Source of the DNA: Candidatus Altimarinota bacterium
Lineage (GTDB): Bacteria > Patescibacteriota > Gracilibacteria > UBA4473
Assembly: GCA_965231215.1 (NCBI GenBank)
Contig: OZ246423.1
Span: forward strand, 854,699-918,698
DNA: 64,000 nucleotides
Direction of reading: 5' to 3'
The notes beneath the pieces were generated by a model. That model saw nothing but the letters and a program-made list of their open reading frames with translations. It had not been told where the DNA came from and did not search any database. The translations under genes and the position numbers were made by a program. Shown here piece by piece: positions 9,278 through 17,789 of the stretch (within the stretch, counting starts at the first letter, position 1; every line of letters begins with the position of its first letter).

Positions 9278-10261
9278 ATGAAAAATAAAGGCTTAAACTC
9301 TAGAAAATTTATTGAAAATATGGCACAACCACTTTTGGTGCTCGCCCCTATGGCGGGATATACTGAAAGTCCTTTTAGAAGGCTTATAAAAGAGATTGAA
9401 CCTTCTACTATTTTGGTATCAGAATTAGTTTCGGCTGAAGCCCTGCGTCGGCGAAATGAAAAAACGTTCCGGATGATTGAGTTTGTAGAGGATGAAAGTC
9501 CTTTTTACGGAGTTCAGCTTTTTGGGAGCGAGGTCTCGGCCTTTGTTGAAGCGGCTAAAATAGTAGAAGAAATTGGGGCTGATTTTATTGACCTTAATTT
9601 AGGTTGTCCTTCCCCAAAAGTGGTAGGTTCTGGCCATGGATCGGCTTTGCTTCAAAACCCAGGGGCTACCGCCAAGATGATTGAAGCCCTGGTTAAATCT
9701 ACAAATCTTCCAGTAACGGTAAAAATGCGTCTGGGATTCTATGATGATTCAGGGCTTATTGATACCGCAAAAAGTTTTGAATCGGCGGGCATTTCGTGGT
9801 TGGCGATACATGGTCGAACTACCAAACAAAAATTTACCGGCAACGCTGACTGGACCAAAATTTATGAAGTAAAAGAACACCTCAATATTCCGGTTATTGG
9901 AAACGGAGATGTCACTTCGGCCAAAATAGCTCAGCAGTGGCTCAAAAACTTAGATGGCATTATGATCGGACGAGCTAGTTGGCGAAATCCTTGGATTTTT
10001 AAACAAACGAGAGAGATTTTTGAGGGAAAACCAGTTTCGCCAAAGCCAACTATGACAGACCAAATCAAGTTCTTTCAGCGACATGCCGATCTGGCCATTG
10101 AATTCAAAGATGAAAAGTGGGCCATGATAGAATTGCGGAAACACTTTGCCCACTTCTGCAGAGGATTTAGAGGGGCTTCACAGTTCCGTGATAGACTCAT
10201 CAAAGTTGAATCTAGAGCCGAAATGGAGCAAATTTTTTCAGAAATTTTAAGCGAGCTTTAG
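9278..10261 (+). CDS. dus: tRNA-dihydrouridine synthase
   Basis: Dus-family motifs LAPMAGYT, DLNLGCPSPKV and AIHGRT. An alternative start is the ATG at 9320. Confidence 0.9.
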   Translation: MKNKGLNSRKFIENMAQPLLVLAPMAGYTESPFRRLIKEIEPSTILVSELVSAEALRRRNEKTFRMIEFVEDESPFYGVQLFGSEVSAFVEAAKIVEEIGADFIDLNLGCPSPKVVGSGHGSALLQNPGATAKMIEALVKSTNLPVTVKMRLGFYDDSGLIDTAKSFESAGISWLAIHGRTTKQKFTGNADWTKIYEVKEHLNIPVIGNGDVTSAKIAQQWLKNLDGIMIGRASWRNPWIFKQTREIFEGKPVSPKPTMTDQIKFFQRHADLAIEFKDEKWAMIELRKHFAHFCRGFRGASQFRDRLIKVESRAEMEQIFSEILSEL

Positions 10262-10286
10262 CTTAGTCTGGAAAAAGGAAAAGGGG

Positions 10287-10315
10287 TTGCAGTTTTGTGC
10301 TTTTTGTGGTACAAT
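10287..10315 (+). promoter_or_regulatory. Putative promoter of the 10339-14867 three-gene locus
   Basis: TTGCAG (10287-10292), 17 nt spacer, TACAAT (10310-10315) with an upstream TGG (extended -10 like). Confidence 0.45.
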
Positions 10316-10338
10316 GGAGGGATAATTTTTATTTCTCT

Positions 10339-10686
10339 ATGAGCATTGCCAACTCTGTGCCTGAAAAGACTCATGTTCTAAGCCTCTTAGAACAATCAAA
10401 GCTGTTTGGTGATCGGCAGAAAAAATTTTTGAATTTAGCCTGGGATAAGCTCCCGAAAGCTAATCAAACTGAGCTTTTTTCGCTTTTAGAAAAAGAGACA
10501 GAATACCACAAAAAACATGCTGAAGATCTAGAAAATAATTATCGAACACTTCTTCAGAATGCGATTGCTCGTTTGACTGGCGTGAAGCGCGTGGTTCAAC
10601 GTCGTCTAATTTCTAGCTCGGAGAGCGTACAAGATTCTGCAAAGAATCCTGATCAAGAATTAATGGAAGCCTTAAAAGACCTCTAA
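10339..10686 (+). CDS. Hypothetical small helical protein
   Basis: The ORF track start at 10297 is a GTG lying inside the predicted promoter, so the ATG at 10339 (MSIANSV) is preferred. No TM helix and no known motif. Confidence 0.5.
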   Translation: MSIANSVPEKTHVLSLLEQSKLFGDRQKKFLNLAWDKLPKANQTELFSLLEKETEYHKKHAEDLENNYRTLLQNAIARLTGVKRVVQRRLISSSESVQDSAKNPDQELMEALKDL

Positions 10687-10689
10687 ATC

Positions 10690-13600
10690 ATGAATCAAAA
10701 CAGCCCAGAAGAACGGTTTGCGAATGTGCTTAATAAAGTAGAATTTGAAAAGGCTGAAAATTTAGAAAAGGAATTTGCTCAGCTTCGAGAATCTCAAAAG
10801 GCCGTGGTTGCTGGAGACTCTGAGCTTCAAGCTTTGCTTGACAAGGCTCTTTTGGAGTCGATAGATAAATTGGAAGAAAAAATGTCTGGAGGTGAACTGC
10901 CTCGAGAGCTTATTGAACAGTTTTTAACTTTTTGGGAAAACCTCAACACGGTACCAGCTATTAGAGCCTTGGCTGCCGAGCAGGGATTGGACACCCAAGA
11001 CGTGGCCGCTCCTGCTCCAGCAATGAGTATTGGTTTTTCTTTTGAGGTAACCGCGGCAGAAAATTTGAGAGATCCACTCAACCACAATACTCTTTTAGGT
11101 CGAGCTGAAGTGGGACAAATTTTCAAAGTTGTGGGGGAGTTGCCCGCGAGAGGTCAATATGAATATCGTTTGGTTGAGAATCAAAAGGGACAACGGTTTA
11201 AGATTTGTATTAATGATGATCTTAAATACCGTCTGGCGGCTGAACCGGTTCGGGGAGATGGAAATGATGAAGATAAAGCCGAGTTAGTGTCAGCAGCACC
11301 TGAGCAAGTTGAAGCTCAGCCTTTTTCTGCTCAGGGAGTTGCGCCTGGTCAAAAAATACGGGTATCGGCAGCTGATACTTTAAGAACTTTAGATGGATCA
11401 AGATCAGGAGTTGCACTTAACGTTGGTGATGAGGTCACGTTTGTGAAAGCTATGGAGGTCAGCTCAAAGGGGTATGAATACTGGGAAGTAGAAGTAAATG
11501 GTGAGCATTATAAGCTGTGTATTAACGATACGTTGGGAGGCACAATTTTATCTGATTCTGAGCGAGTGGTGTCTGGAGCTCAGGCGATTTATATTCCAGA
11601 CTCCTCTGGAGGCACTTCTGTCCCGGAAGTTTCTGAAAGAGATCCTAAAACTGAAGCTTTGAGAAAAGCGAACTTGGAAGCATCGGAGTCACTTTTGTCA
11701 GAACCATTAAGAGCGGTTTATACCGATTTGGTAAATCAAATTCAGGGTTTGAATATTGAAGATAAAAGCACTTTGGGAGCCTCTCCTGTGCACATTACTA
11801 CGTTCCGAGGCAGACCAGAGATTTCCTCTGGAAGTTGGCGTAAAGCCGATACTTCATTGGTTTCTGAGACCTGGAATGATCTGACTTCAGAGCAGAGAAA
11901 AGAAGTGGTAGATATGGTCAATCTGTGGTGGAACAGTAATCACGCTGATCTGCTAGAGCCAGGAACCGAGAACCGTAATAGTTACATTACAGATTCGATT
12001 TTGCGATCGCAGTTTTCGGCTTTATCTGCTTCTCCAGAGGCCGAGAATGCAGGGAGCTTAGCCGATCAGGTGATAGAGGGTTTGGTCAACTATGCAGAGA
12101 CTAATCTAAATGGAAGATCGGTTTCTTTGGTGGCGGAGGGGTTCCAATTATTAACGGCTAAGATGGGAGCCGAGTACGGAACTAAACTGGCTCAAGCGGT
12201 TAAATCTAATCCTAAAATTGCAATTAGTGAGTTGTATAGCAATTTTTGTGAGGCGGTTGGTAGTGTTGAGACCTCGGCCAATATTCAGGACTTAATTAAT
12301 GGCGTTAATTTTTCTGAACTCGGAATCCCGGCTACCTCAAGACCCTTTGTCGTTTCGGGGGATAACTTGGTATACATGGCTAGGACAGGAAAAGTTCAGA
12401 TTGATTTAGGCGGCCAGTGGCCAGGGTTGTCAGTAGTAGACAAAGCCGCTGTAATTGGAGGACTAAATGATAAGATTCAGGTTCATGCCAATCGGTACGA
12501 TCGATTTGAGGAGGCTTTAGCTAAAGATATTTTAGATCTGTTTAGTGATTATAGTGTAACAGACGCAACTCAAGCGGTTCTGGCTCGTTTACGGCAAGAA
12601 CCAAATTTTTTGAATACGTTGCCAGCGGATCGTCAGGACGAGGCTGCCTGTGCCGCTTTTCTGACTCGTTATTTTGATAATGTTTATGGATCAAGGTTTT
12701 CTAGCTTCTCTAATTTAGGAGGAAAGAACGCTTGGGAATATGCTAAGACGCTCATTGATTCTGGCTATGGAAACATGGGGACCGATATTTCTTCTTTTTA
12801 CAATATTGATTCTGTTCGAGCCCAAAACGAAAAAGATAAATCAGCGATTACGCTTGATGATGGCTCACCAGAGTTCCAGGCGAAAATGGAGGAATTTATG
12901 CAGAGCGCTTTTGATCCACAGGCCAATGGTGGAGTAGTAACGTTCCACTATCGATTAACCAGTGCTAATGATAATATTGTTAACACGCCTCATGCTTCTC
13001 CGAATTCTCATGTGACGACTTCTCTGGGCGAAAAAAGTTATGAAGTTGCTTCTACAGGGCGGGCAGTTACTGCTGAGTTAATGCGGTATTTTGCTCAGAA
13101 AATTGGCCGTCATAGTGTTGGAAAACCAGAATATCTGCAGTATCTGAAAAATGTTAAGGCTGGTGATACACCGCTGATCTACGATTCTTCGAAAGGTGAT
13201 TTCGTGGGACCGGATGGAAAAGTCTTCCGTCCACAATCTGGAGAACCTATTACCTTTGATGATGTTGAATTGGCTCATTTTTATCATAAGCACCCAGATG
13301 ACGCAGACCCGGTACGAAGAGATGGATTGGTGGCGCTTATGTCAACAGGGCTGTTTGAGCCGGTTCAGGTGATCAACCTAAATCCTGATGCGGTATCTGT
13401 GCCACCAGCCGGGCGACAATTTAACGAAAGTTTTGTGACGTCTGTTCATCATTCAGAAAAACCAATGAGTCAGACAGATATTGAATCGCTGTATCGACAA
13501 GAATATGAATCGCTCCTATCTAAACAACCAGGAGGCTCTGAAACCGTTGATTCCTTGGTTGAAAAATCAATGCAATACCTAACTGAAAATTTATACCAAA

Positions 13601-13692
13601 GTATTTTGGCTCGATCAGATGATCCGACTGAAAAAGTATTTCCGGCAGATTCTCCGCTGCCCATTATAGATTGGAGACAAAAACCTGTTTAG
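10690..13692 (+). CDS. Large (1000 aa) hypothetical protein with two tandem SH3b-like repeats
   Basis: Internal repeat at about 11041-11222 and 11355-11535 (V.AA.NLR ... G ... YEY ... V ... G ... K(I/L)CIND.L). No signal peptide. The start lies 4 nt after the upstream stop. Confidence 0.7.
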   Translation: MNQNSPEERFANVLNKVEFEKAENLEKEFAQLRESQKAVVAGDSELQALLDKALLESIDKLEEKMSGGELPRELIEQFLTFWENLNTVPAIRALAAEQGLDTQDVAAPAPAMSIGFSFEVTAAENLRDPLNHNTLLGRAEVGQIFKVVGELPARGQYEYRLVENQKGQRFKICINDDLKYRLAAEPVRGDGNDEDKAELVSAAPEQVEAQPFSAQGVAPGQKIRVSAADTLRTLDGSRSGVALNVGDEVTFVKAMEVSSKGYEYWEVEVNGEHYKLCINDTLGGTILSDSERVVSGAQAIYIPDSSGGTSVPEVSERDPKTEALRKANLEASESLLSEPLRAVYTDLVNQIQGLNIEDKSTLGASPVHITTFRGRPEISSGSWRKADTSLVSETWNDLTSEQRKEVVDMVNLWWNSNHADLLEPGTENRNSYITDSILRSQFSALSASPEAENAGSLADQVIEGLVNYAETNLNGRSVSLVAEGFQLLTAKMGAEYGTKLAQAVKSNPKIAISELYSNFCEAVGSVETSANIQDLINGVNFSELGIPATSRPFVVSGDNLVYMARTGKVQIDLGGQWPGLSVVDKAAVIGGLNDKIQVHANRYDRFEEALAKDILDLFSDYSVTDATQAVLARLRQEPNFLNTLPADRQDEAACAAFLTRYFDNVYGSRFSSFSNLGGKNAWEYAKTLIDSGYGNMGTDISSFYNIDSVRAQNEKDKSAITLDDGSPEFQAKMEEFMQSAFDPQANGGVVTFHYRLTSANDNIVNTPHASPNSHVTTSLGEKSYEVASTGRAVTAELMRYFAQKIGRHSVGKPEYLQYLKNVKAGDTPLIYDSSKGDFVGPDGKVFRPQSGEPITFDDVELAHFYHKHPDDADPVRRDGLVALMSTGLFEPVQVINLNPDAVSVPPAGRQFNESFVTSVHHSEKPMSQTDIESLYRQEYESLLSKQPGGSETVDSLVEKSMQYLTENLYQSILARSDDPTEKVFPADSPLPIIDWRQKPV

Positions 13693-13706
13693 TAAATTAA
13701 AAACTC

Positions 13707-14867
13707 ATGTCTAACGAGTATTCACCATCGAATTCAGAAAACCCTCATGATTCAGAGAGAGATAAGGCTTGCGCTGAATTTAGTGCTGAGTGTGCAGATT
13801 TGAGTTCGAGTATTTCGATGGCTAGTACTCAACCAGAAATGAGTGAAGCTTTTAGAGATAACATAAGTTATATTAAGCCTTTTATTGAAGATAAAGTTGA
13901 TCTGTCTTATCCGAAGGCCCCTTCTCCGAGGGAAGCCGCGATTCTATTGCAGCCTGAGACGGCTAGAATGGTAGCGACTCTTTTTCAACATTTAGAGGCC
14001 GAAGGTTATCCGAAGTGGTTAATTGATGGAGCGGTGACTATTACTAGTACAGTTCGATCTAAAGAATATACTAATCATATTTATGATCAGTATATTGCTG
14101 AGGCCAAAGCGGCCGGAGATACGGCTACCGCTAATCGTTGGAAAAGGATTAAGGCTCGTCTAGCTAGTGGAGCTCAATTATCTCATACAACGGGGAGAAA
14201 GGTGGACATTGTTGTTTCTCAGAGAAGATTGAATTCTTTGAGTGAGTTTTGGAACCCGAACGGTATTTTCGCGTCTGTAGAAAATTTCTTTAAATCTGGA
14301 AAAGCTTCAGGTTTTAATGCCGATTTTCATGCTGGTCACTTTGATATTTATCCGACCACTCCTAATCCTCGGGACATTCCCTTTGAAACTGACGCCGACA
14401 TTAATAATGCTATTGCCGCTCGTAATAACACTTCGCAGAGAAGGGCCTCAGGTAATTATGTAGCAGAGGCGTCTCAAGGCGTTCCGGTGGTGGCCGATTC
14501 TGTTGAACCTGAAGGAGCAGGGCCAGCGGATAAAGTTAGTTTATTCGCTGGACAGGTTGAACCAAAAGGTTCGTCGATAGTTGAGGGAAAAGACCTTCAT
14601 CGATCAGTGATAGTTGATTCTAGAGTCGTTCAAACTCGGCTTAATCTAAGAGATATAGATAATCCAAATAAGGTATTACAGAAGGCTAAAGCTAATGATG
14701 TTTTTGAGTGTTCTCAACCCCCAGCGGTTAAGACTGGTAAAGAATTAGGTCTTGCTGATGAGGATCTTGCTGATCTTAAATTTGTATGTCTTAAGTCTTC
14801 GAAAGGAAAAGTTTGGGCTTGGCTTGATGCTTTTAAACAGGAAGAAGGACCAACAGCAGTTGCTTAG
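13707..14867 (+). CDS. Hypothetical protein with LAS (peptidase M15/VanY-like) metal-binding motifs and a C-terminal SH3b-like segment
   Basis: SHTTGRKVD (H-x2-G-x3-D, about 14181-14207) and DFHAGHFD (about 14322-14345). The C-terminus reads TRLNLRD ... KFVCLKSSKGKVWAW. No signal peptide. The function call is tentative. Confidence 0.45.
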   Translation: MSNEYSPSNSENPHDSERDKACAEFSAECADLSSSISMASTQPEMSEAFRDNISYIKPFIEDKVDLSYPKAPSPREAAILLQPETARMVATLFQHLEAEGYPKWLIDGAVTITSTVRSKEYTNHIYDQYIAEAKAAGDTATANRWKRIKARLASGAQLSHTTGRKVDIVVSQRRLNSLSEFWNPNGIFASVENFFKSGKASGFNADFHAGHFDIYPTTPNPRDIPFETDADINNAIAARNNTSQRRASGNYVAEASQGVPVVADSVEPEGAGPADKVSLFAGQVEPKGSSIVEGKDLHRSVIVDSRVVQTRLNLRDIDNPNKVLQKAKANDVFECSQPPAVKTGKELGLADEDLADLKFVCLKSSKGKVWAWLDAFKQEEGPTAVA

Positions 14868-14966
14868 TTTTTATTTAGAAGCCTCGCTTCTTGATCTTTG
14901 TTCAGTTCGGTCTTGAGATTTTTATTTCAATCCGCATAATTTGGGGGATTTTTCCTTGAATTTTTT

Positions 14967-17603
14967 ATGTCTGAAGAAAACCATCTGATTACCGAACGAA
15001 AAGCTAAAATACAGGCCTGGAATGATCTAGGTTTTCCTGGGTATGCCAAAGATTTTGAACGCACTCACACAGCAGCTGAAGCCGTTGAAGACATAAAATC
15101 TAATGAAGGCGCCTTGCGCGAGGCTCCAGCCATTATGGCTAAACCTCAGCAGGCTCGATCTATGGCCGGTCGTATTGTGGCGAGCCGTGAGATGGGGAAG
15201 TTGGCCTTCCTCAAAATTCGGGATGTATCAGGGAATTTTCAGATTTGTTTGGCCCAAGATTTATTAGGAGCTAATTTCAAAGCGTTATTAAAAGCGTTAG
15301 ATTTGGGAGATTACTGTGGTTTTGCCGGAGAGTTCTTCACGACCAAAAACGGAGAACCTACCCTTATGGCGGTGGAAGTGACGCCTCTTTCAAAGTCGCT
15401 ACGACCGCTGCCCGAAAAATGGCATGGATTAACAGACAAAGAACACTGTTACCGAGAAAGAAACTTAGATCTAATTTCAAATCAAGAATCATTTAAACGG
15501 TTTAAGATTCGGAGTGAAGTGGTAAAAGCCGTACGTAATTTTTATGAAGCACGGGACTTTATAGAAGTGGAAACCTCTATCTTGCAAGCTCAAGCTGGAG
15601 GCGCTATGGCCAAAACCTTTGAAACGCATCACAATGCCTTGGATCATAATTTTCATCTGCGGATTGCGCTAGAACTACCGCTCAAAATAGCCTGCTCAGG
15701 AGGATTTGAACGCATCTTTGAAATCGGAAAATGTTTTCGGAATGAAGGAACCGATCCGTCTCATTTGCAGGAATTTACCATGCTTGAATGGTATGCGGCC
15801 TACGTCAGCTTTGAACAAAACATGGAATGGAATGAGCAAATGCTGCGTGAAATTGCGACCAAAGTTTTTGGCAAAACGGTTTTCACCGTCAAAGACAAAA
15901 ATGAAACAGATCATGAGATTGATTTTGAAAAGCCCTTCGCCAAGAAACGTTTTGCTGATCTACTCAAAGAGTACGCTGACTTTGATATGTTTAGCGCGAG
16001 TGATGATGAGGTTCGGGCTAAAGCGGCGGAAGTAGGCGTGGAACAAATCGATGGAGTGGGACGAGCTAATTTGCTCGATGATATCTATAAAAAAACCGCT
16101 CGGCCAAATCTGATTCAGCCAACTTTTGTGTTAGATTACCCAGAAGATCTCAAACCTTTAGCTGCTCCAAACGGAGACGGAACGGCCAGCTGTTTCCAAG
16201 TGCTCATTGCCGGGTGGGAGGTGATTAATGCCTATGGAGAATTGATTGATCCACAAATCCAAAGAGCCTTGTTGGAAAAACAAGCCGAATTCAAAGCCAG
16301 TGGAGACGATGAAGCTATGGAGGTAGATGAAGTTTTTCTCAAAGCCATGGAACACGGATTCCCGCCAATGGCTGGGCAAGGAATGGGGATTGATAGAATT
16401 GTGACCCTGCTTACCGGACAAGACAATCTCCGAGAAGTAGTACTCTTCCCAACGATGCGTCCAGAAACGGGTAAACAAGATAAGGAAACCAAGCTCGCTA
16501 CAGCTATTATCAATACCGATCTGATATCTGAAGACTGGCAGGCGCTCAACTCTGTGGGGCATCTGTGTGCGGCCTTTGGAGCGAGAGAAGGAAAATCTCT
16601 GTTCTATCAAGACGAAGTAGAAACCAAAGACGGAAAGACCATTAAACTTAACACCACTCAGGCCATTATGATTAAGGGATGTGACAAAAATCTATCCCTC
16701 ATTGACCTAGCTCAAAAAGCGAAAGCACAAGGATTGCAAGTAGCTGAATTTACCCGAGAAATGCTAGCAACATCAGATGACGCTAAAGTGGCCGAAATTA
16801 CCAAAACTAAAAACCTATCTGAGATAGATTTTTACGGCATATTAGTATTTGGTAAAAAATCTGTAGTGGAGAATATGACTAAGGAGTTTGAACTATTAAG
16901 AAGCTTAGAAAATGCTTCCACTAGTCATCCCCATGAAGATGGGGATCCAGATAATAAGAATTCCGATTTAGAAGTAGATTCCCGTATGCACGGAAATGAC
17001 AATTCAGGAGGCGGTTTTGAAATTTTCGATGGAGAATTTGATAGGGATAAAGCTTGGAAGATGGTTAAGTCCCGATGTGATTGGGCCCTCCAAAGACACT
17101 TGGCTCATGTGGCGGTCAGTATGGAAGCTTTAGCGGTGCATCTAGGACACCAAGACCAAAAGGAAACCTGGTACTTAACGGGGCTGCTACATGATATTGA
17201 CTGGAATCAAACTATTGAAACGCCAGAACTTCATTGTGGCGAACCTACCATGCAGTACCTGGAAGCCAACGGAGTGCCAGAAGTAATCTACAGAGGAATT
17301 CAATCTCATCACGAAATCTTTGATCTTCCAATAGATTCAGATCTGCGGAAAGGGCTTTTAGCCGTCGATGAAATCTCTGGATTTGCCGTAGCCGTAGCCC
17401 AAATGCGCCCCACCAAAATGGAGGGAATTTCACCAAAATCCATTACCAAAAAAATGAAAGACAAGCAGTTTGCAGCTAGCGTAAGCCGTGAGCATATGAA
17501 ATACTGTGAGCCTTATTTTAACATCCCCGTATCAGAATTTTTACAGATCCTCATTCCCGCCTGGGAGGCTATTGCTCAAGACTGGAAGTTAGTAGGCGAA
17601 TAG
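14967..17603 (+). CDS. lysS: Lysyl-tRNA synthetase (class II) fused to DUF2000 (PTH2-like) and COG2316-type HD phosphohydrolase domains
   Basis: The LysRS core spans aa 1 to about 500 (FRNEGTDPSHLQEFTMLEWY, GMGIDRIV). The DUF2000-like part is at about 16491-16900 (WQALNSVGHL, FTREMLATSDD, FYGILVFGKKSVVENMTKE). The HD part is at about 17040-17600 (TGLLHDIDW, IQSHHE, KKMKDKQFAASVSRE). Confidence 0.85.
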   Translation: MSEENHLITERKAKIQAWNDLGFPGYAKDFERTHTAAEAVEDIKSNEGALREAPAIMAKPQQARSMAGRIVASREMGKLAFLKIRDVSGNFQICLAQDLLGANFKALLKALDLGDYCGFAGEFFTTKNGEPTLMAVEVTPLSKSLRPLPEKWHGLTDKEHCYRERNLDLISNQESFKRFKIRSEVVKAVRNFYEARDFIEVETSILQAQAGGAMAKTFETHHNALDHNFHLRIALELPLKIACSGGFERIFEIGKCFRNEGTDPSHLQEFTMLEWYAAYVSFEQNMEWNEQMLREIATKVFGKTVFTVKDKNETDHEIDFEKPFAKKRFADLLKEYADFDMFSASDDEVRAKAAEVGVEQIDGVGRANLLDDIYKKTARPNLIQPTFVLDYPEDLKPLAAPNGDGTASCFQVLIAGWEVINAYGELIDPQIQRALLEKQAEFKASGDDEAMEVDEVFLKAMEHGFPPMAGQGMGIDRIVTLLTGQDNLREVVLFPTMRPETGKQDKETKLATAIINTDLISEDWQALNSVGHLCAAFGAREGKSLFYQDEVETKDGKTIKLNTTQAIMIKGCDKNLSLIDLAQKAKAQGLQVAEFTREMLATSDDAKVAEITKTKNLSEIDFYGILVFGKKSVVENMTKEFELLRSLENASTSHPHEDGDPDNKNSDLEVDSRMHGNDNSGGGFEIFDGEFDRDKAWKMVKSRCDWALQRHLAHVAVSMEALAVHLGHQDQKETWYLTGLLHDIDWNQTIETPELHCGEPTMQYLEANGVPEVIYRGIQSHHEIFDLPIDSDLRKGLLAVDEISGFAVAVAQMRPTKMEGISPKSITKKMKDKQFAASVSREHMKYCEPYFNIPVSEFLQILIPAWEAIAQDWKLVGE
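16926..17000. repeat. Inverted pair of small palindromic repeat units embedded in frame in the lysS fusion linker
   Basis: GTCATCCCCATGAAGATGGGGATCCAG (7-bp stem) sits next to TAGATTCCCGTATGCACGGAAATGAC. The reverse complement of the second unit, GTCATTTCCGTGCATACGGGAATCTA, has the same GTCAT-stem-loop-stem-ATC layout. Confidence 0.45.
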
Positions 17604-17743
17604 TTTGGGATTTTGAATTTTGCCACGTAGAATATTGTTCTCTGTTAGATTAACAAACGTTTTGGATCAGGTGTTCTGCGAGATACCTACTCCGACATTA
17701 AGTTGCTTGGGCTTTCACTGTCTAGCTTTAGAGCCTGAATTTT

Positions 17744-17754
17744 TGTCACGACAA
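17744..17754 (+). promoter_or_regulatory. Second copy of the TGTCACGACAA motif, here inside the perfect inverted repeat TTTGTC-AC-GACAAA
   Basis: Lies 36 nt upstream of the protease ATG. A TACAAT box at 17770-17775 follows. Confidence 0.3.
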
Positions 17755-17789
17755 AATTTTGTAGACGTATACAATGGGCATAAACACAC

